In this document: positions 1-10,180 of the stretch, in pieces
How the letters are laid out: every line of letters starts with the position of its first letter
Position numbering within the stretch: position 1 is the first letter of the stretch
NCBI GenBank assembly: GCA_963668025.2
Contig: CAXXTH010000011.1
Span: forward strand, 179,853-243,852
From: Candidatus Hydrogenedentota bacterium
Lineage (GTDB): Bacteria > Hydrogenedentota > Hydrogenedentia > Hydrogenedentales > SLHB01
Direction of reading: 5' to 3'
Length of the DNA: 64,000 bases
Notes under the pieces: generated by a model
Seen by the model: only the letters and a program-made list of their open reading frames with translations
Databases searched by the model: none
What the model was told of the DNA's origin: nothing
Program-made: the position numbers and the translations under genes

Positions 1-193
1 AAGAATAGGGCACGGCGCACAATGCGGCACCCACGCACAACACATGTCCGCGCGCATATTCCAGTCTTTCCCATTCTATTCGTTTCACACACAATCCCTA
101 TGCAGAGAAAACCATACTCCGTTTGTTCACCCCTGAGTACGCGATCATGCTAGAATCCAGCCCATGATCGCAACCTATTTGGGATAAATCCGC

Positions 194-3100
194 ATGCACA
201 AAAAGCTGCTTTCCGGGCTGATGCCCATTTTGCTGGCCGCCTCCATCGCCAGCGCACAAGAACCGTTGATCAACATGGTTGACCGGGGTTATGTCGCCGA
301 CTGGGTTTTCTGCGGCCCCTTCACGGCCGATGCCGATGGCGGCATCATAACGGCGCTTGAACAAAGCGCCTCGCCATTAGGCGCTCGCGATTACCTCGAA
401 TCCATGGGAGGCGTAAGCCGCGCCCGTCCTCGAGCAGGCAGCGCCGTTACCGGACCAGATGGCGCTTTCACCTGGAACGCCCTGCAGGCGGACAGCGAAT
501 TGCTCGACCTTACAGAAACCTTCAAAGACCAGCGCGAAGGCGTCATGTATTTCGCTTTCTCCTGCTATAATCCGCTGCAAGCAACGGTCTATATCGATTT
601 GCAGACCCCTCTTGGCGCACGAATGTGGATCAATGGCTTCCCTGCCGTGGATATACAACCCGCTTCTTTCGAGAATGCAGGCGTCAACCGCTTTCTTGCG
701 CGCGTCCGCAGCGGTGAAAACTGGATCATCATTGAAGCCCCATTCGCATCATTTCCCGCTCTCGCCCAAGCCACCGGGATCCCAGAAGACCGTTTGCGCG
801 CACGCGGATTCCCGAACCGCCCCCTGCTGCCCGCCAATAGCAGCTTCGAAATCGCCATGCGGATACTGCCCGTGCGGGCTATCGGTGATGTCGCTTACAT
901 TCCTATACTCGAGCCCCAGCGCTCCTTCAGCGACGAAAATGGCGTTTTAAAGCAAGGCGCACTGCTCACGTTTTTCAATCCGGGCAAAGAAGCTTCATTC
1001 CCCATTTCCATCCAGACCACGGTGCAAGGCCAATCCCCTTCGCCGGAACAGGTGGTCCTGCCGATTCCCCCACAGACTCAATATGAAGCCTTATTGGCTA
1101 TCCCATTGGGAAGCGCCGCGCCCGGCCAGACCCTGGATATAAAGGTGCTGCTTACCACCAAACGGAACCAAGAAGAGTTCACGGCTCCCCTGGCCGCGGG
1201 CCAGCCGCCCACGAAGGGGCACGTATATGTCGTGCCCGGCGCTACCTATCATCCGGGGTATCCAGAAGAACAACGCGAAGCCATGGCGCGCCGCCTTGCG
1301 GAGCTGGATCAACAGATGGCGCTGGCGGGCGCGGAACGTGATTATGGCTTTTATCTGGGGGATCTGCCGTATTGGAAGAGCTATCTCGCCACGCGCGAAA
1401 CGGCCCGCGAGGCGCTCCCTGCTTTGGCCGCTGCCGGCCGTAGCGCGCCCCAAGCGGGATATGGCATGCTGGACGAACGAATCGTCGGAGGCGAACTGCT
1501 GGCGCGCAATTGGGCGTATGGCCGCATTGCCGCCGAACGCCTGCTCGGTTCTGGCGGCGGCTGTTACTACGCATGGGACGTCCCCGCGATTTGCCCACAA
1601 ACGCCTCAATTGCTGGCCAAGAGCAATATTAGCGGCATTTTGACGGATTTGCCAGTGCAAGGCGTTGCACCACTGTTTTGGCAGGTCTCGCCAGATAAAA
1701 CGCGCTTGCTGATGCGCCGGAAACAACCGGCCCCTGGGCCGGGCTCCGTGGACACCTTGCGCCAAATGGCCGATGTGCAGCGCCGGCAGCTCCTGCAAAT
1801 GGGGCTTGATACCGATGTCTTCGCCCCTATCAGCTCGGAACCGCCTCCCGAACCGTATTATCTCGGCGCTTGCCATCCATTGCGGATCGGCGTGCCCTCC
1901 ATCACTGTTGAAGGCTCTGGCGGTGCGGCTTTCTTTGAGGAGACGCTTGCGGCGGTGCGGCGCGGCGGCGTGCATCTGCCTTATTCCGGCCGAATGCTCA
2001 ACACCAGCCAGCCTGGCGCGCTTCTTTCGCAGCCCGCGCTCAAGCGCGCCCATGGACTCGTCGAAAACAAGGTCATTACAGCGGAAAAACTCGCCACACT
2101 CGCGGCGCTGGTGGGCGCGCCGTATCCAGAAACCCAGCTTGATCACGCTTGGCGGCAATTACTGTATACCGGCTCACCGGACCGGCTCGGTTTCCCCGGC
2201 GCTCCGCGCATTTATTGCGACGCCCTATCGTCCTACCGGCGCGCCGCCGCTGATGCGCACCGCGCCGCCGCAAACGCAATGGACTATATCGCCCAACGCA
2301 TTAACACCCAATCTTCCGCGCCCAAAGAACCCAAACCCAGCCAGGCCCTAGTCGTGTTCAACCCCTGTTCGTGGATGCGGACCGATGTGTGCCGCGCCGC
2401 CGTGGCTATTGACGCCAACGCGGGCCTTATTTTGATGGACGAGAATGCAAATACCGTCCCGTATGCCATTGCGGAAGCGCCCGAACCGCCCAGTACGATG
2501 GCGCTGATCGAGTTTGTTGCCAGCGATGTGCCGCCTTTAGGTTACCGAACCTATTACGCCGCTCCCGCGGGAGCGCTGCCTCCCAATACCGAAGCTTCTG
2601 GCGCTTCCATTGAGAACGAATCGCTGCGCGTCCTCCTCAATCCCGAAGAGGGGGGAGGAGCCATCAGCCTGCTGTATAAACCCACCGGCCGTGAATTCGC
2701 CAGCAAGCTCATGAACGATGTCGCCGCAATCGAAGAAGATCCGCAACGCACCAATGGCGGACGCGACTTATGGACAACCTCTCGCATTACACGCACCAGT
2801 GACGTCCCAGGCGATATTACGGTCATGAAGAATGAGATTTTTGAAAGGGCTACCATTTCCGCGCCTTTGGCGGGGGGCGTGGCCATACGCGAGATGACCC
2901 TATATAAAGGCGTGCCTCGCGTGGATTGCACGCTGCGGTGTTCCGGGATATCCGTGCAAAATGCCCTGCTGGCCATTCTGTCGGGATGCTTTTCCGTCGG
3001 AGATGTAGCGGTATTCGGCGAACGATATGGCGCGTCCGTAGGCCGAAAGAGCGCGTCCATCATGGATTTGCGCACCGCTGGCGCGGATAACCCTTCCGCA

Positions 3101-4954
3101 ACCGCCGCCCAGCCGGCATATGAATGGTCTGCCTTGACTCCAGGCGATTATCTCCGGTTCAGTGAAGAAATCGCCGTGCCTTTTGGCCCGGCGGATATCA
3201 TATACGGGGAAGGTGAAGCATTTGTTCGTTCGGCCGAAATGCTCGTCGAGGCCCTGGCGAGCCGGGGCATTCCGTCAGCCATCCTGCCCGAGTCCGGACC
3301 ACAGAAAAGCGCCGTGTGGAGCGATTCCACCGAGTTTGAAAATTTAGATGATGATCTGCGCTATGGCGCTGCATTCCGCATTGTCTTGGGCAATGGCGGC
3401 GACACCAAACTATGCGCCCGGCTTGTCGCCACACTGCCCGAGAGCGTGGCGCGCGATTTCAACCAGCATGCCCCCGAAGGTGCGCTATTGCTGCTGCAAG
3501 ACCCGCAAGTGCCGGAAGGCATTCCTCCTGTCCCCACGCTGTTGCTATCCGGCTCCACGCCCGCCGTTACCCAAAAACTAGCGGAAACAGTGGCTACGGC
3601 GCTGAAGGCTTCTGGATGGGTTCCTGGCTCGAAATGGGAGTATGCCGGTTCAAACAACGCCCCGCTGGCGGATGGCGGCATTGCAATGCTTCATGCGGGC
3701 TCCGCTTTGCATAATATCTCTCAAAACGGTGTGATGATGCTTGGCCTGGCGCATGGAAGCACATGGGAAAACGCCGCGGATGCACTCGATCTCGATCCAG
3801 CCGCTGACTTTACTTTTAACTATTCCATTTATCCTTTCCTTGGAGATTGGCGCAAGGGAGGCGTCGTACGGCAAGCCCAAGCGTTCAACGAACCGCTTCT
3901 CGCTGCCGTCACAGGCATCCATCCGGGTACGTTGCCGCTGCGCCAGGCCTTCCTGTCCGTTTCCGGCCAAGAATTCATCATTACCGCAGTGAAACCATCC
4001 GGATATCCCTCCGCCCGCATGAGCGTGCATCCCTTACCGCCCCGGGCAGGTTTCACCATCCGTGGATATGAGACGACCGGGCAAGACTGGACGGGCACGT
4101 TGCAAGCATTGTCGCCCATCACCCGCGCGGCGCAACGCAGCCTGCTCGAAGACGGCGGGCAAAGCCTGGCGCCGAATGGGCGCGATTTGACCTTTACCGC
4201 ACGGGGATTCTCCATAGAAACGCTCACCATCGCATTGGAAGGCTTGCCAGTTGCGCCCGGCTCGTCATCCATGCCGCCTGAGAAACCGCAGCCGCCGGTA
4301 TATTCACGCTATTGGCTGCACAACACCGGCGCTGCCCCGGAAGGATTTGAAGATATCAGCATTTTGCTCGAAGGAGATTTATCCAAAGCAGGAAGCCCTG
4401 TCTCGATTATGGTGGCCAATAATACGACAGACGCTTCTATTGACGGCTCCGTTTCTCTCTCTGCTTCAACCGGTTGGACCATATCGCCAGAACTGTTCAG
4501 TTATCATCTCGAACCTGGCGGCGTCACCACCCAAAAACTGGTCGTATTGCGTTCCACTGGTGAAGACACCCAAAGCGGAGGCATTATAGCGGAAACTTCC
4601 TATGCGGGTAGAACATACCGGGATGTGCTTGAACTCAATCCGCGCGAGTGCATTCTTTTCGCGGCATTGGAGGGAGATACGGTTAATGCCACGGTATCCA
4701 ATCCGGGCGTATTGCCTGCGGAAGGTTCTATTGAATTAATCGTGCCGCCCGAGTGGTGGCCGGAACTATCGGGCAAAGGCCCCAGCGAACCCGTGCAAAC
4801 CCGGGTCAAAGTCGCGCCTCAAGGAACCCAATCCATCCCCTTTTCGCTGCCGCCTGGCGATGCGCCTCCCTGGATCATCGTCAAACTTGCCGCCAACGGC
4901 CATGTGGCGTATACAAAAGTCGAGCCCTTCCCAGGACTCCTCCCACTGGAATGA
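194..4954 (+). CDS. Large secreted GH38 alpha-mannosidase-like protein with an extra N-terminal domain and C-terminal Ig/NEW3-like domains; metal-binding motifs look degenerate
   Basis: 1586 aa ORF with a signal peptide. GH38-type segments: 'GGELLARNWAYG', 'YYAWDVPA', 'LDHAWRQLL', 'LVVFNPCSWMR', 'VPPLGYRTY', 'IENESLRV', 'FNYSIYPFLGDW', 'ITAVKP..IRGYE'. Confidence 0.8.
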   Translation: MHKKLLSGLMPILLAASIASAQEPLINMVDRGYVADWVFCGPFTADADGGIITALEQSASPLGARDYLESMGGVSRARPRAGSAVTGPDGAFTWNALQADSELLDLTETFKDQREGVMYFAFSCYNPLQATVYIDLQTPLGARMWINGFPAVDIQPASFENAGVNRFLARVRSGENWIIIEAPFASFPALAQATGIPEDRLRARGFPNRPLLPANSSFEIAMRILPVRAIGDVAYIPILEPQRSFSDENGVLKQGALLTFFNPGKEASFPISIQTTVQGQSPSPEQVVLPIPPQTQYEALLAIPLGSAAPGQTLDIKVLLTTKRNQEEFTAPLAAGQPPTKGHVYVVPGATYHPGYPEEQREAMARRLAELDQQMALAGAERDYGFYLGDLPYWKSYLATRETAREALPALAAAGRSAPQAGYGMLDERIVGGELLARNWAYGRIAAERLLGSGGGCYYAWDVPAICPQTPQLLAKSNISGILTDLPVQGVAPLFWQVSPDKTRLLMRRKQPAPGPGSVDTLRQMADVQRRQLLQMGLDTDVFAPISSEPPPEPYYLGACHPLRIGVPSITVEGSGGAAFFEETLAAVRRGGVHLPYSGRMLNTSQPGALLSQPALKRAHGLVENKVITAEKLATLAALVGAPYPETQLDHAWRQLLYTGSPDRLGFPGAPRIYCDALSSYRRAAADAHRAAANAMDYIAQRINTQSSAPKEPKPSQALVVFNPCSWMRTDVCRAAVAIDANAGLILMDENANTVPYAIAEAPEPPSTMALIEFVASDVPPLGYRTYYAAPAGALPPNTEASGASIENESLRVLLNPEEGGGAISLLYKPTGREFASKLMNDVAAIEEDPQRTNGGRDLWTTSRITRTSDVPGDITVMKNEIFERATISAPLAGGVAIREMTLYKGVPRVDCTLRCSGISVQNALLAILSGCFSVGDVAVFGERYGASVGRKSASIMDLRTAGADNPSATAAQPAYEWSALTPGDYLRFSEEIAVPFGPADIIYGEGEAFVRSAEMLVEALASRGIPSAILPESGPQKSAVWSDSTEFENLDDDLRYGAAFRIVLGNGGDTKLCARLVATLPESVARDFNQHAPEGALLLLQDPQVPEGIPPVPTLLLSGSTPAVTQKLAETVATALKASGWVPGSKWEYAGSNNAPLADGGIAMLHAGSALHNISQNGVMMLGLAHGSTWENAADALDLDPAADFTFNYSIYPFLGDWRKGGVVRQAQAFNEPLLAAVTGIHPGTLPLRQAFLSVSGQEFIITAVKPSGYPSARMSVHPLPPRAGFTIRGYETTGQDWTGTLQALSPITRAAQRSLLEDGGQSLAPNGRDLTFTARGFSIETLTIALEGLPVAPGSSSMPPEKPQPPVYSRYWLHNTGAAPEGFEDISILLEGDLSKAGSPVSIMVANNTTDASIDGSVSLSASTGWTISPELFSYHLEPGGVTTQKLVVLRSTGEDTQSGGIIAETSYAGRTYRDVLELNPRECILFAALEGDTVNATVSNPGVLPAEGSIELIVPPEWWPELSGKGPSEPVQTRVKVAPQGTQSIPFSLPPGDAPPWIIVKLAANGHVAYTKVEPFPGLLPLE

Positions 4955-4984
4955 ACCGCGCTTTTTAAAAAGGGTTATATTATT

Positions 4985-7225
4985 TCAATGGCGAAGCCAA
5001 TACTGATCATGCAGGTCCAGCATTTCCTGGAGCTTCCTGCGCCATAAATTCACCCGGTCTGTATAGCGGCTGGATACATCTTGCATGACACCATACCGTC
5101 CGGCTCGGTCCAAATCATACAGTTCAATGGATTCGGCTCCATTTGGCGCGCCAGACTCAAACGGCGTCCGCCCGGTATTCCAATACAACCGCCAGCGCTC
5201 ATTGCGCATGGTCATGGCTAAGGGCGCGCTTTCCATCGACACCGGCATGACGCCGTTTGGGCCTTTCACAAAATCCTGGCCATCCACAGGTTCTGCGAAC
5301 GGGGTATCCGCTTGCGCCAGCAGTGAAGGCGCAATATCTTCCAAGCTTACAAAATCCGTACGCTGCTCATTTCCAAGCCACTGGGCATACAGGATAAGCG
5401 GCACATGCAGGCATGCCTCTGAAAGGCCTATTTTCGGCGGGCCATTAAGAGAAAAATCATAGCCATACGGCGATGTGACCACGATAATCGTATTTTTCCG
5501 GGTCTCATAATCCCGCACATGCTTGATGAATGCGCCCGCCTGCCTATCGAGATACGCCAATATCGTGTCATGAATATCTAGAGGCGAAGGTTCGACGCTT
5601 CCAGATGCGCTCGAGACCGCGCCGAATGGCGCGCCATATCGAGGCTGAAGTTGCTGGTCCGTCAACTCGCTCAGCCGGATAAACAACATGAAGTGCAGAT
5701 TATTGTGGCTGTCAAGCCATTCTTGGGCATTATTCAACGTAAGGCGGGAGCCTGCGGGCTGGGCGGAAGGCTCGGGACGCTCTTCAGCCTCCGGCTCTGC
5801 TGCCGCCTCCATTTCCGGTTCTTCGCTGGGCAGCTCGAAGGCATCTTCTTCTTCCTCTGAAGGCTCCACAGGCGGAGCAGGAACTGCGGCAGGCGCATTC
5901 GGCTTGTCGGGCTGGTAGGAAGCATCAAACACCTCGAAACCTCGCTCAAAGCCGCTGCCATATGTCAAGTCGCCATGCGAATCGCCCTCTGTAAAGGCCG
6001 CAGTGGCATATCCTTTATTGCGGCATACTTCCGCTAATGTCGCAAAAGGCTCCGGAAGCGGGCTGGAATGGCCTCCTAAACGTCCATGCCGCAACGGATT
6101 AAGGCCTGTCGCCATACTCCAATAAGCCGCTGCTCCTTCTGGCGCTACCGTATAGGCATTGCTGAAAAACAAGCTTGACCAGGCAAGTTTATCCAGATTG
6201 GGCGTCACCACCCGTTTATACCCCCCGCGTCCCATCTGCCCATAACTCAGCCCATCCAAGGCGATGATCACTATATTCGGATTGGCATGGTCTTCCGGAT
6301 CGGTGCGCACCGTATGGACATATGGACCCGAAAGCAGGATCGAGCGGGTGCTCTGGACAACAGGGCGCAATCCGATTATCGAGCGCCACTTTGGCAGCTT
6401 CTCCGCCGTCCATGTCACTAGGCAATGCCCGACTCCTTGAGGGGCGTTGCTGGTGTCTATCTGCAGAGCAGCCCACCCCGAAGGGCGCATCGCCACCGCA
6501 TACTGGTAAGATTTCTTTTTTATGCCGCGCAACGTGACGGTGACAAAGATGCGCTTCAGGGGCTCGGGCGTATTCGGCGGATTGGCCCATCGCAAGGTAA
6601 TGCCCGCGCCAGGGCATCCCGCCACCTCGGTTTCCACCACGGAGCCTTCCGGCATGGCGCGCGCGGAGGCGTATTCATTGCCCACCCGAACAGCTTCAAT
6701 AGTTTCCGGCGCATTCGGGCGCGCCAACTCGAGGGCTTCCGACCAGCGGCTAAAACCTAGCATGCCGCAATAGCCCGACATGGCCGCACAGGCCGCCCAT
6801 AACAGCGCTTTCGAATGGTTTCCAGGCGCGCTTTGCAACGCCGTGAAAAAAGAAAACAGCTTAAGCGCGGCATGAACGGCCAAAAATACGGCCAAATACG
6901 CCAGCGGTTCCGCTTTAGCCAGTTCCGGGATCGGCCACTTTACGTGTACATGAAATAAATAAGGCAGCAGCGCCAAAGCCGCTAACTGCGACGCTCCATC
7001 GGCCGCCAAAAAGCTCTTTCCCTGCGCGGGCTTGTACAGGGAGGCCATTGTCATATATACAAACTGAAGCGCGGCATATCCCGAGCCAGCCCCCACCGCC
7101 AGCGCCACCCCCATATCGTACCCAACTACATAGCCTTGGCCCGCCATGACCTGTTGGACAAAAAGCCCCACAAGCCCAGAAGCGGCGGTGACAATCGCAA
7201 GATAAAATAAGTGGAGGACGATCAT
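4985..7225 (-). CDS. Membrane-anchored sulfatase / alkaline-phosphatase-superfamily protein with a degenerate active site
   Basis: About 5-6 N-terminal TM helices. Motifs 'PNIVIIALDG', 'TPNLDKLA', 'SMATGLNPLRHG', 'GYATAAF', 'HVPLIL', 'DIAPSLL'. Start placed at ATG 7225 after an AAGGAG RBS. Confidence 0.8.
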   Translation of the reverse strand: MIVLHLFYLAIVTAASGLVGLFVQQVMAGQGYVVGYDMGVALAVGAGSGYAALQFVYMTMASLYKPAQGKSFLAADGASQLAALALLPYLFHVHVKWPIPELAKAEPLAYLAVFLAVHAALKLFSFFTALQSAPGNHSKALLWAACAAMSGYCGMLGFSRWSEALELARPNAPETIEAVRVGNEYASARAMPEGSVVETEVAGCPGAGITLRWANPPNTPEPLKRIFVTVTLRGIKKKSYQYAVAMRPSGWAALQIDTSNAPQGVGHCLVTWTAEKLPKWRSIIGLRPVVQSTRSILLSGPYVHTVRTDPEDHANPNIVIIALDGLSYGQMGRGGYKRVVTPNLDKLAWSSLFFSNAYTVAPEGAAAYWSMATGLNPLRHGRLGGHSSPLPEPFATLAEVCRNKGYATAAFTEGDSHGDLTYGSGFERGFEVFDASYQPDKPNAPAAVPAPPVEPSEEEEDAFELPSEEPEMEAAAEPEAEERPEPSAQPAGSRLTLNNAQEWLDSHNNLHFMLFIRLSELTDQQLQPRYGAPFGAVSSASGSVEPSPLDIHDTILAYLDRQAGAFIKHVRDYETRKNTIIVVTSPYGYDFSLNGPPKIGLSEACLHVPLILYAQWLGNEQRTDFVSLEDIAPSLLAQADTPFAEPVDGQDFVKGPNGVMPVSMESAPLAMTMRNERWRLYWNTGRTPFESGAPNGAESIELYDLDRAGRYGVMQDVSSRYTDRVNLWRRKLQEMLDLHDQYWLRH

Positions 7226-7410
7226 GCCTTCTCCTTGATGAATACGCCCAACGCCGAATAAATGCTCCCCCATATCAAAACCTTCAGGAGTCTATGTCAC
7301 AAGCAGAGGGAATGCAAACAAACCGGGCACGGAAAACCCATTTGGGCGTAAAAGCGCCGCCGTGGTATGCTTGGCCATTATCAAACAATTCATTTCCCAA
7401 GGAGAGAGCC

Positions 7411-8343
7411 ATGATGTCCGTAAACAACCTGCCCGGCCCGCCCCGGGTGCAGATTCAAACCCAGGCGGGGTGCAATGGCCGGTGCGTTTTCTGTCCGAAC
7501 GATGCCGTGCTGAAAACGAAATTGCCCCATGGCAAAATGACGCCGGAGGTTTTCCGCAAAATAATCGATGAGCTCGCGGAAACACCGCCCCGGCGTGTCA
7601 GCTTGTATCTGATGAACGAGCCTTTGAGTGATAAACGCATGCCCGAATTCGTGCGCTACACGGCGGAACGCATCCCCTCGGCAACCACGCTGATTACCTC
7701 CAACGGCACCAAGCTCTCCGAAGAATGCACGGAAGCGCTTATCACCGCTGGCCTAAAACGATTGAAAGTAAGCCTGCAATCTATCGATCCGGAAACGAAT
7801 AAAGCCATCATGGGCTATTCGAGCGAACGGGTCATCGAGAATGTTTTAGGCGCACAGCGCGTGATCAAGCGCATGAAGGCCAAGCATTTCGACTTCCGCG
7901 TCTCCATGGTCGTCACATCGAAGACATTACATGAAGTCGACCGCGCCCGCGCATTCTGGAAAAAACACGGCATCCGCCTCGTCACGTCATCCTTGGAAAA
8001 CCGGGGGGGCAACATCGGTATCGCGGAAGAACTCAACGGCGGTGAAATGAAACAGCGGAGCCGCTGCATCCGCCCTTCCCGGGAGATGTGCATTCTCTAC
8101 AATGGGGACGCCGTACTGTGCTGCGTGGATTGGTACCGTACCGTTGTGTTGGGCAATGTCGCCCAACAATCCGTCCAGGAAGTCTGGAACAGCCCCCGTT
8201 TGCAGGAGATCCGGGAAGCTTTCAGCATAGATGCATTCGACCGGCTGCCGGATATTTGCGTCCAATGTACGGAAAGCGCTTCGCCGGATAAACACCGGCG
8301 CGGCTTGCGCGCATGGTTCCACAAACTTGTAGCGGCCCGATAA
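7411..8343 (+). CDS. Radical SAM protein with SPASM/twitch domain
   Basis: CNGRCVFC motif and 'LMNEP'; C-terminal 'CIRP...GDAVLCC.D...GNV...W...CVQC'. AAGGAG RBS before ATG 7411. Confidence 0.9.
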   Translation: MMSVNNLPGPPRVQIQTQAGCNGRCVFCPNDAVLKTKLPHGKMTPEVFRKIIDELAETPPRRVSLYLMNEPLSDKRMPEFVRYTAERIPSATTLITSNGTKLSEECTEALITAGLKRLKVSLQSIDPETNKAIMGYSSERVIENVLGAQRVIKRMKAKHFDFRVSMVVTSKTLHEVDRARAFWKKHGIRLVTSSLENRGGNIGIAEELNGGEMKQRSRCIRPSREMCILYNGDAVLCCVDWYRTVVLGNVAQQSVQEVWNSPRLQEIREAFSIDAFDRLPDICVQCTESASPDKHRRGLRAWFHKLVAAR

Positions 8344-8371
8344 AAACGGATGCCTGCCGGGCTGAAAAAGG

Positions 8372-8971
8372 ATGAACATGCACCCAATAACAGAAGATAA
8401 CGGTATTGCGGCGGCGCACCGCTTGATGCGGGAGCAAGATCCTGAACCATCGCATGCGGAACAAGTCTGCCGGACAAGCCTCTCGCTATTCGACCAAACC
8501 AAAGAAATACATGGGCTGGGCGCGGAAGAACGCCGGTTGCTCGAAGCCGGTGCATTGCTACACGATATTGGATACGCGAAAGGCGCCGCCGGACATCACA
8601 AGGCTTCCCGTGATGCGATTCTCGTGGCGCGCCTCGAAGGCTTTACTGCCGTTGAATTGCGCATAATTGCATGCCTTGCCCGGTACCACCGGAAAGCGGA
8701 CCCTAAGCCCAGCCATAAAGTATACTGCGACCTGCCTGAATCGCTCCGCAGCGTGGTATGCAAATTGGCCGCTCTCCTCCGCATCGCCGATGGACTCGAC
8801 CGTTCCCATGACGCCTCCGCTCAAGCGTTACGGGTCGAGCGGGAGGGAAAGAAGGTCCGTATTTGGGTGAGCCAAGAACCGGTCAATGAATTGGACATAT
8901 GGGGAGCCGAACGTAAACGGGGCCTTTTTGAATCAGTTTATGGATGCTCTGTACGCATTCGCGGCGAATAA
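8372..8971 (+). CDS. Stand-alone HD-domain phosphohydrolase resembling the C-terminal part of Ppx/GppA
   Basis: Motifs 'HAEQV', 'ALLHDIG', 'HHK', 'ARYHRK', 'LRIADGLDRSH'. Confidence 0.85.
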   Translation: MNMHPITEDNGIAAAHRLMREQDPEPSHAEQVCRTSLSLFDQTKEIHGLGAEERRLLEAGALLHDIGYAKGAAGHHKASRDAILVARLEGFTAVELRIIACLARYHRKADPKPSHKVYCDLPESLRSVVCKLAALLRIADGLDRSHDASAQALRVEREGKKVRIWVSQEPVNELDIWGAERKRGLFESVYGCSVRIRGE

Positions 8972-8980
8972 ATCCATGCC

Positions 8981-9012
8981 GTTGCGGCCTTGGCGGCTTT
9001 GCGTGAATATAT
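8981..9012. repeat. Short intergenic repeat, copy 1 (TTGCGGC..GCGGCTT.GCGTGAATATA)
   Basis: Near-identical copy at 28147-28176; both lie in gaps between convergent genes. Confidence 0.6.
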
Positions 9013-9042
9013 TACTATACTACGAGCCGCGAACGGTATATA

Positions 9043-9768
9043 TCAGTTTGAGCCGGTTGAGCCGGTTTGTTCGGCGTTAGGCTGGACTGGCGGATTCGGC
9101 GAATCCTTTCCTGCCAGTGTAATGTCGGGGTAGTTCGCCATGATCTGCGTCAGGAGCTCGGGCGCAACCAGTTGGTGATTCGGCTTATTCTTGAACTGTA
9201 CGGCTCGGGGAAATCCGTATTTCGCATCAACCGAGACCAACTCGTGACCTGTCAGATGCCAACACCGGTAGACCCAGTAATTATGACCTTCGCACATAAC
9301 GAGAACGCAGGTGATGATTTCCTTCTGCCCGTCTTTATCCAAATCGCAGATGTCGTCAGAAGTGAACCGGTCGGAAGGAACAGTAATCACCGAAAACTTG
9401 CCCGGAGCGTACTGCGAGAAGAGCATCAAATCACAGCCAAGACCGAGGCCCTGCGTCCCGTGGTATACCTCCTTGACCACGTCCTCCAGCCCATCTTTGT
9501 TGAGATCGGCAATCACTGTCTTCGTCATTTGGGACCAATTGTCAGTGGGTTGCACCAGCACATTTGCACCTCCAACGGCAATCCGGAACTCACCGTCGCA
9601 TTCCTCGCTTCGAACGAACGAAGTGGCAACGTTCTGTCCGGTTTCGGATTCCGTGCGTGTGGCGGCGACGCGTGACATCTCCTTCACAGTAAACGGGGAA
9701 TAATCCTTATCCAGAGCAAACGCCGCCGATGCCCAAGTCGCTATGGCCAATAAGATGATGGCTTTCAT
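9043..9768 (-). CDS. Secreted hypothetical protein with two DxDxDG Ca-binding (FG-GAP/VCBS-like) motifs
   Basis: Signal peptide MKAIILLAIATWASAAFA; motifs 'DLNKDGLED' and 'DLDKDGQKE'. Confidence 0.7.
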   Translation of the reverse strand: MKAIILLAIATWASAAFALDKDYSPFTVKEMSRVAATRTESETGQNVATSFVRSEECDGEFRIAVGGANVLVQPTDNWSQMTKTVIADLNKDGLEDVVKEVYHGTQGLGLGCDLMLFSQYAPGKFSVITVPSDRFTSDDICDLDKDGQKEIITCVLVMCEGHNYWVYRCWHLTGHELVSVDAKYGFPRAVQFKNKPNHQLVAPELLTQIMANYPDITLAGKDSPNPPVQPNAEQTGSTGSN

Positions 9769-9937
9769 CTTCGTTCTCCCGCTAAAAGGCCCATTGCCAA
9801 CACACTCTTGCTACCTGGTTTATACCATGAATACAAGACAAATCCCATCTGACATACTGGCGCATTTGCTCATAAAAGCAGGCGTCATTGTCGTGTAACA
9901 TGGAATGCGCAGGCTCACTTGCCTGGTGGAGTTGAGC

Positions 9938-10090
9938 CATTTCAACGCCGAAGCGCGAAGTACGCAGAGTATCCCTTTCTTCTCTTTTTCACTAATGTAG
10001 TTCATTCTCGAATGTACGAAGAAATTGCTTGAGAATAATTTTTTCTACTTTGCGGACCTCCGCGTTCTTCGCGCCTGCGTTGAACAATGA
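9938..10090. repeat. Imperfect inverted-repeat pair around an AT-rich spacer (MITE/REPIN-like)
   Basis: Left arm 'ttcaacgccgaagcgcgaagtacgcagag'; the reverse complement of the right arm is 'ttcaacgcaggcgcgaagaacgcggag'. Confidence 0.65.
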
Positions 10091-10180
10091 TCGTCTAGAT
10101 TGATTTTTATTAATATATAATGGTTTTATTCATACGGCAAATATATTACTCAAATATAAAAATATATAAATATTACAAAA

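Noticed and set aside
1-100. Start of a divergent minus-strand gene at the window edge
   Set aside because: Several frames are open and too little sequence is available to choose one.
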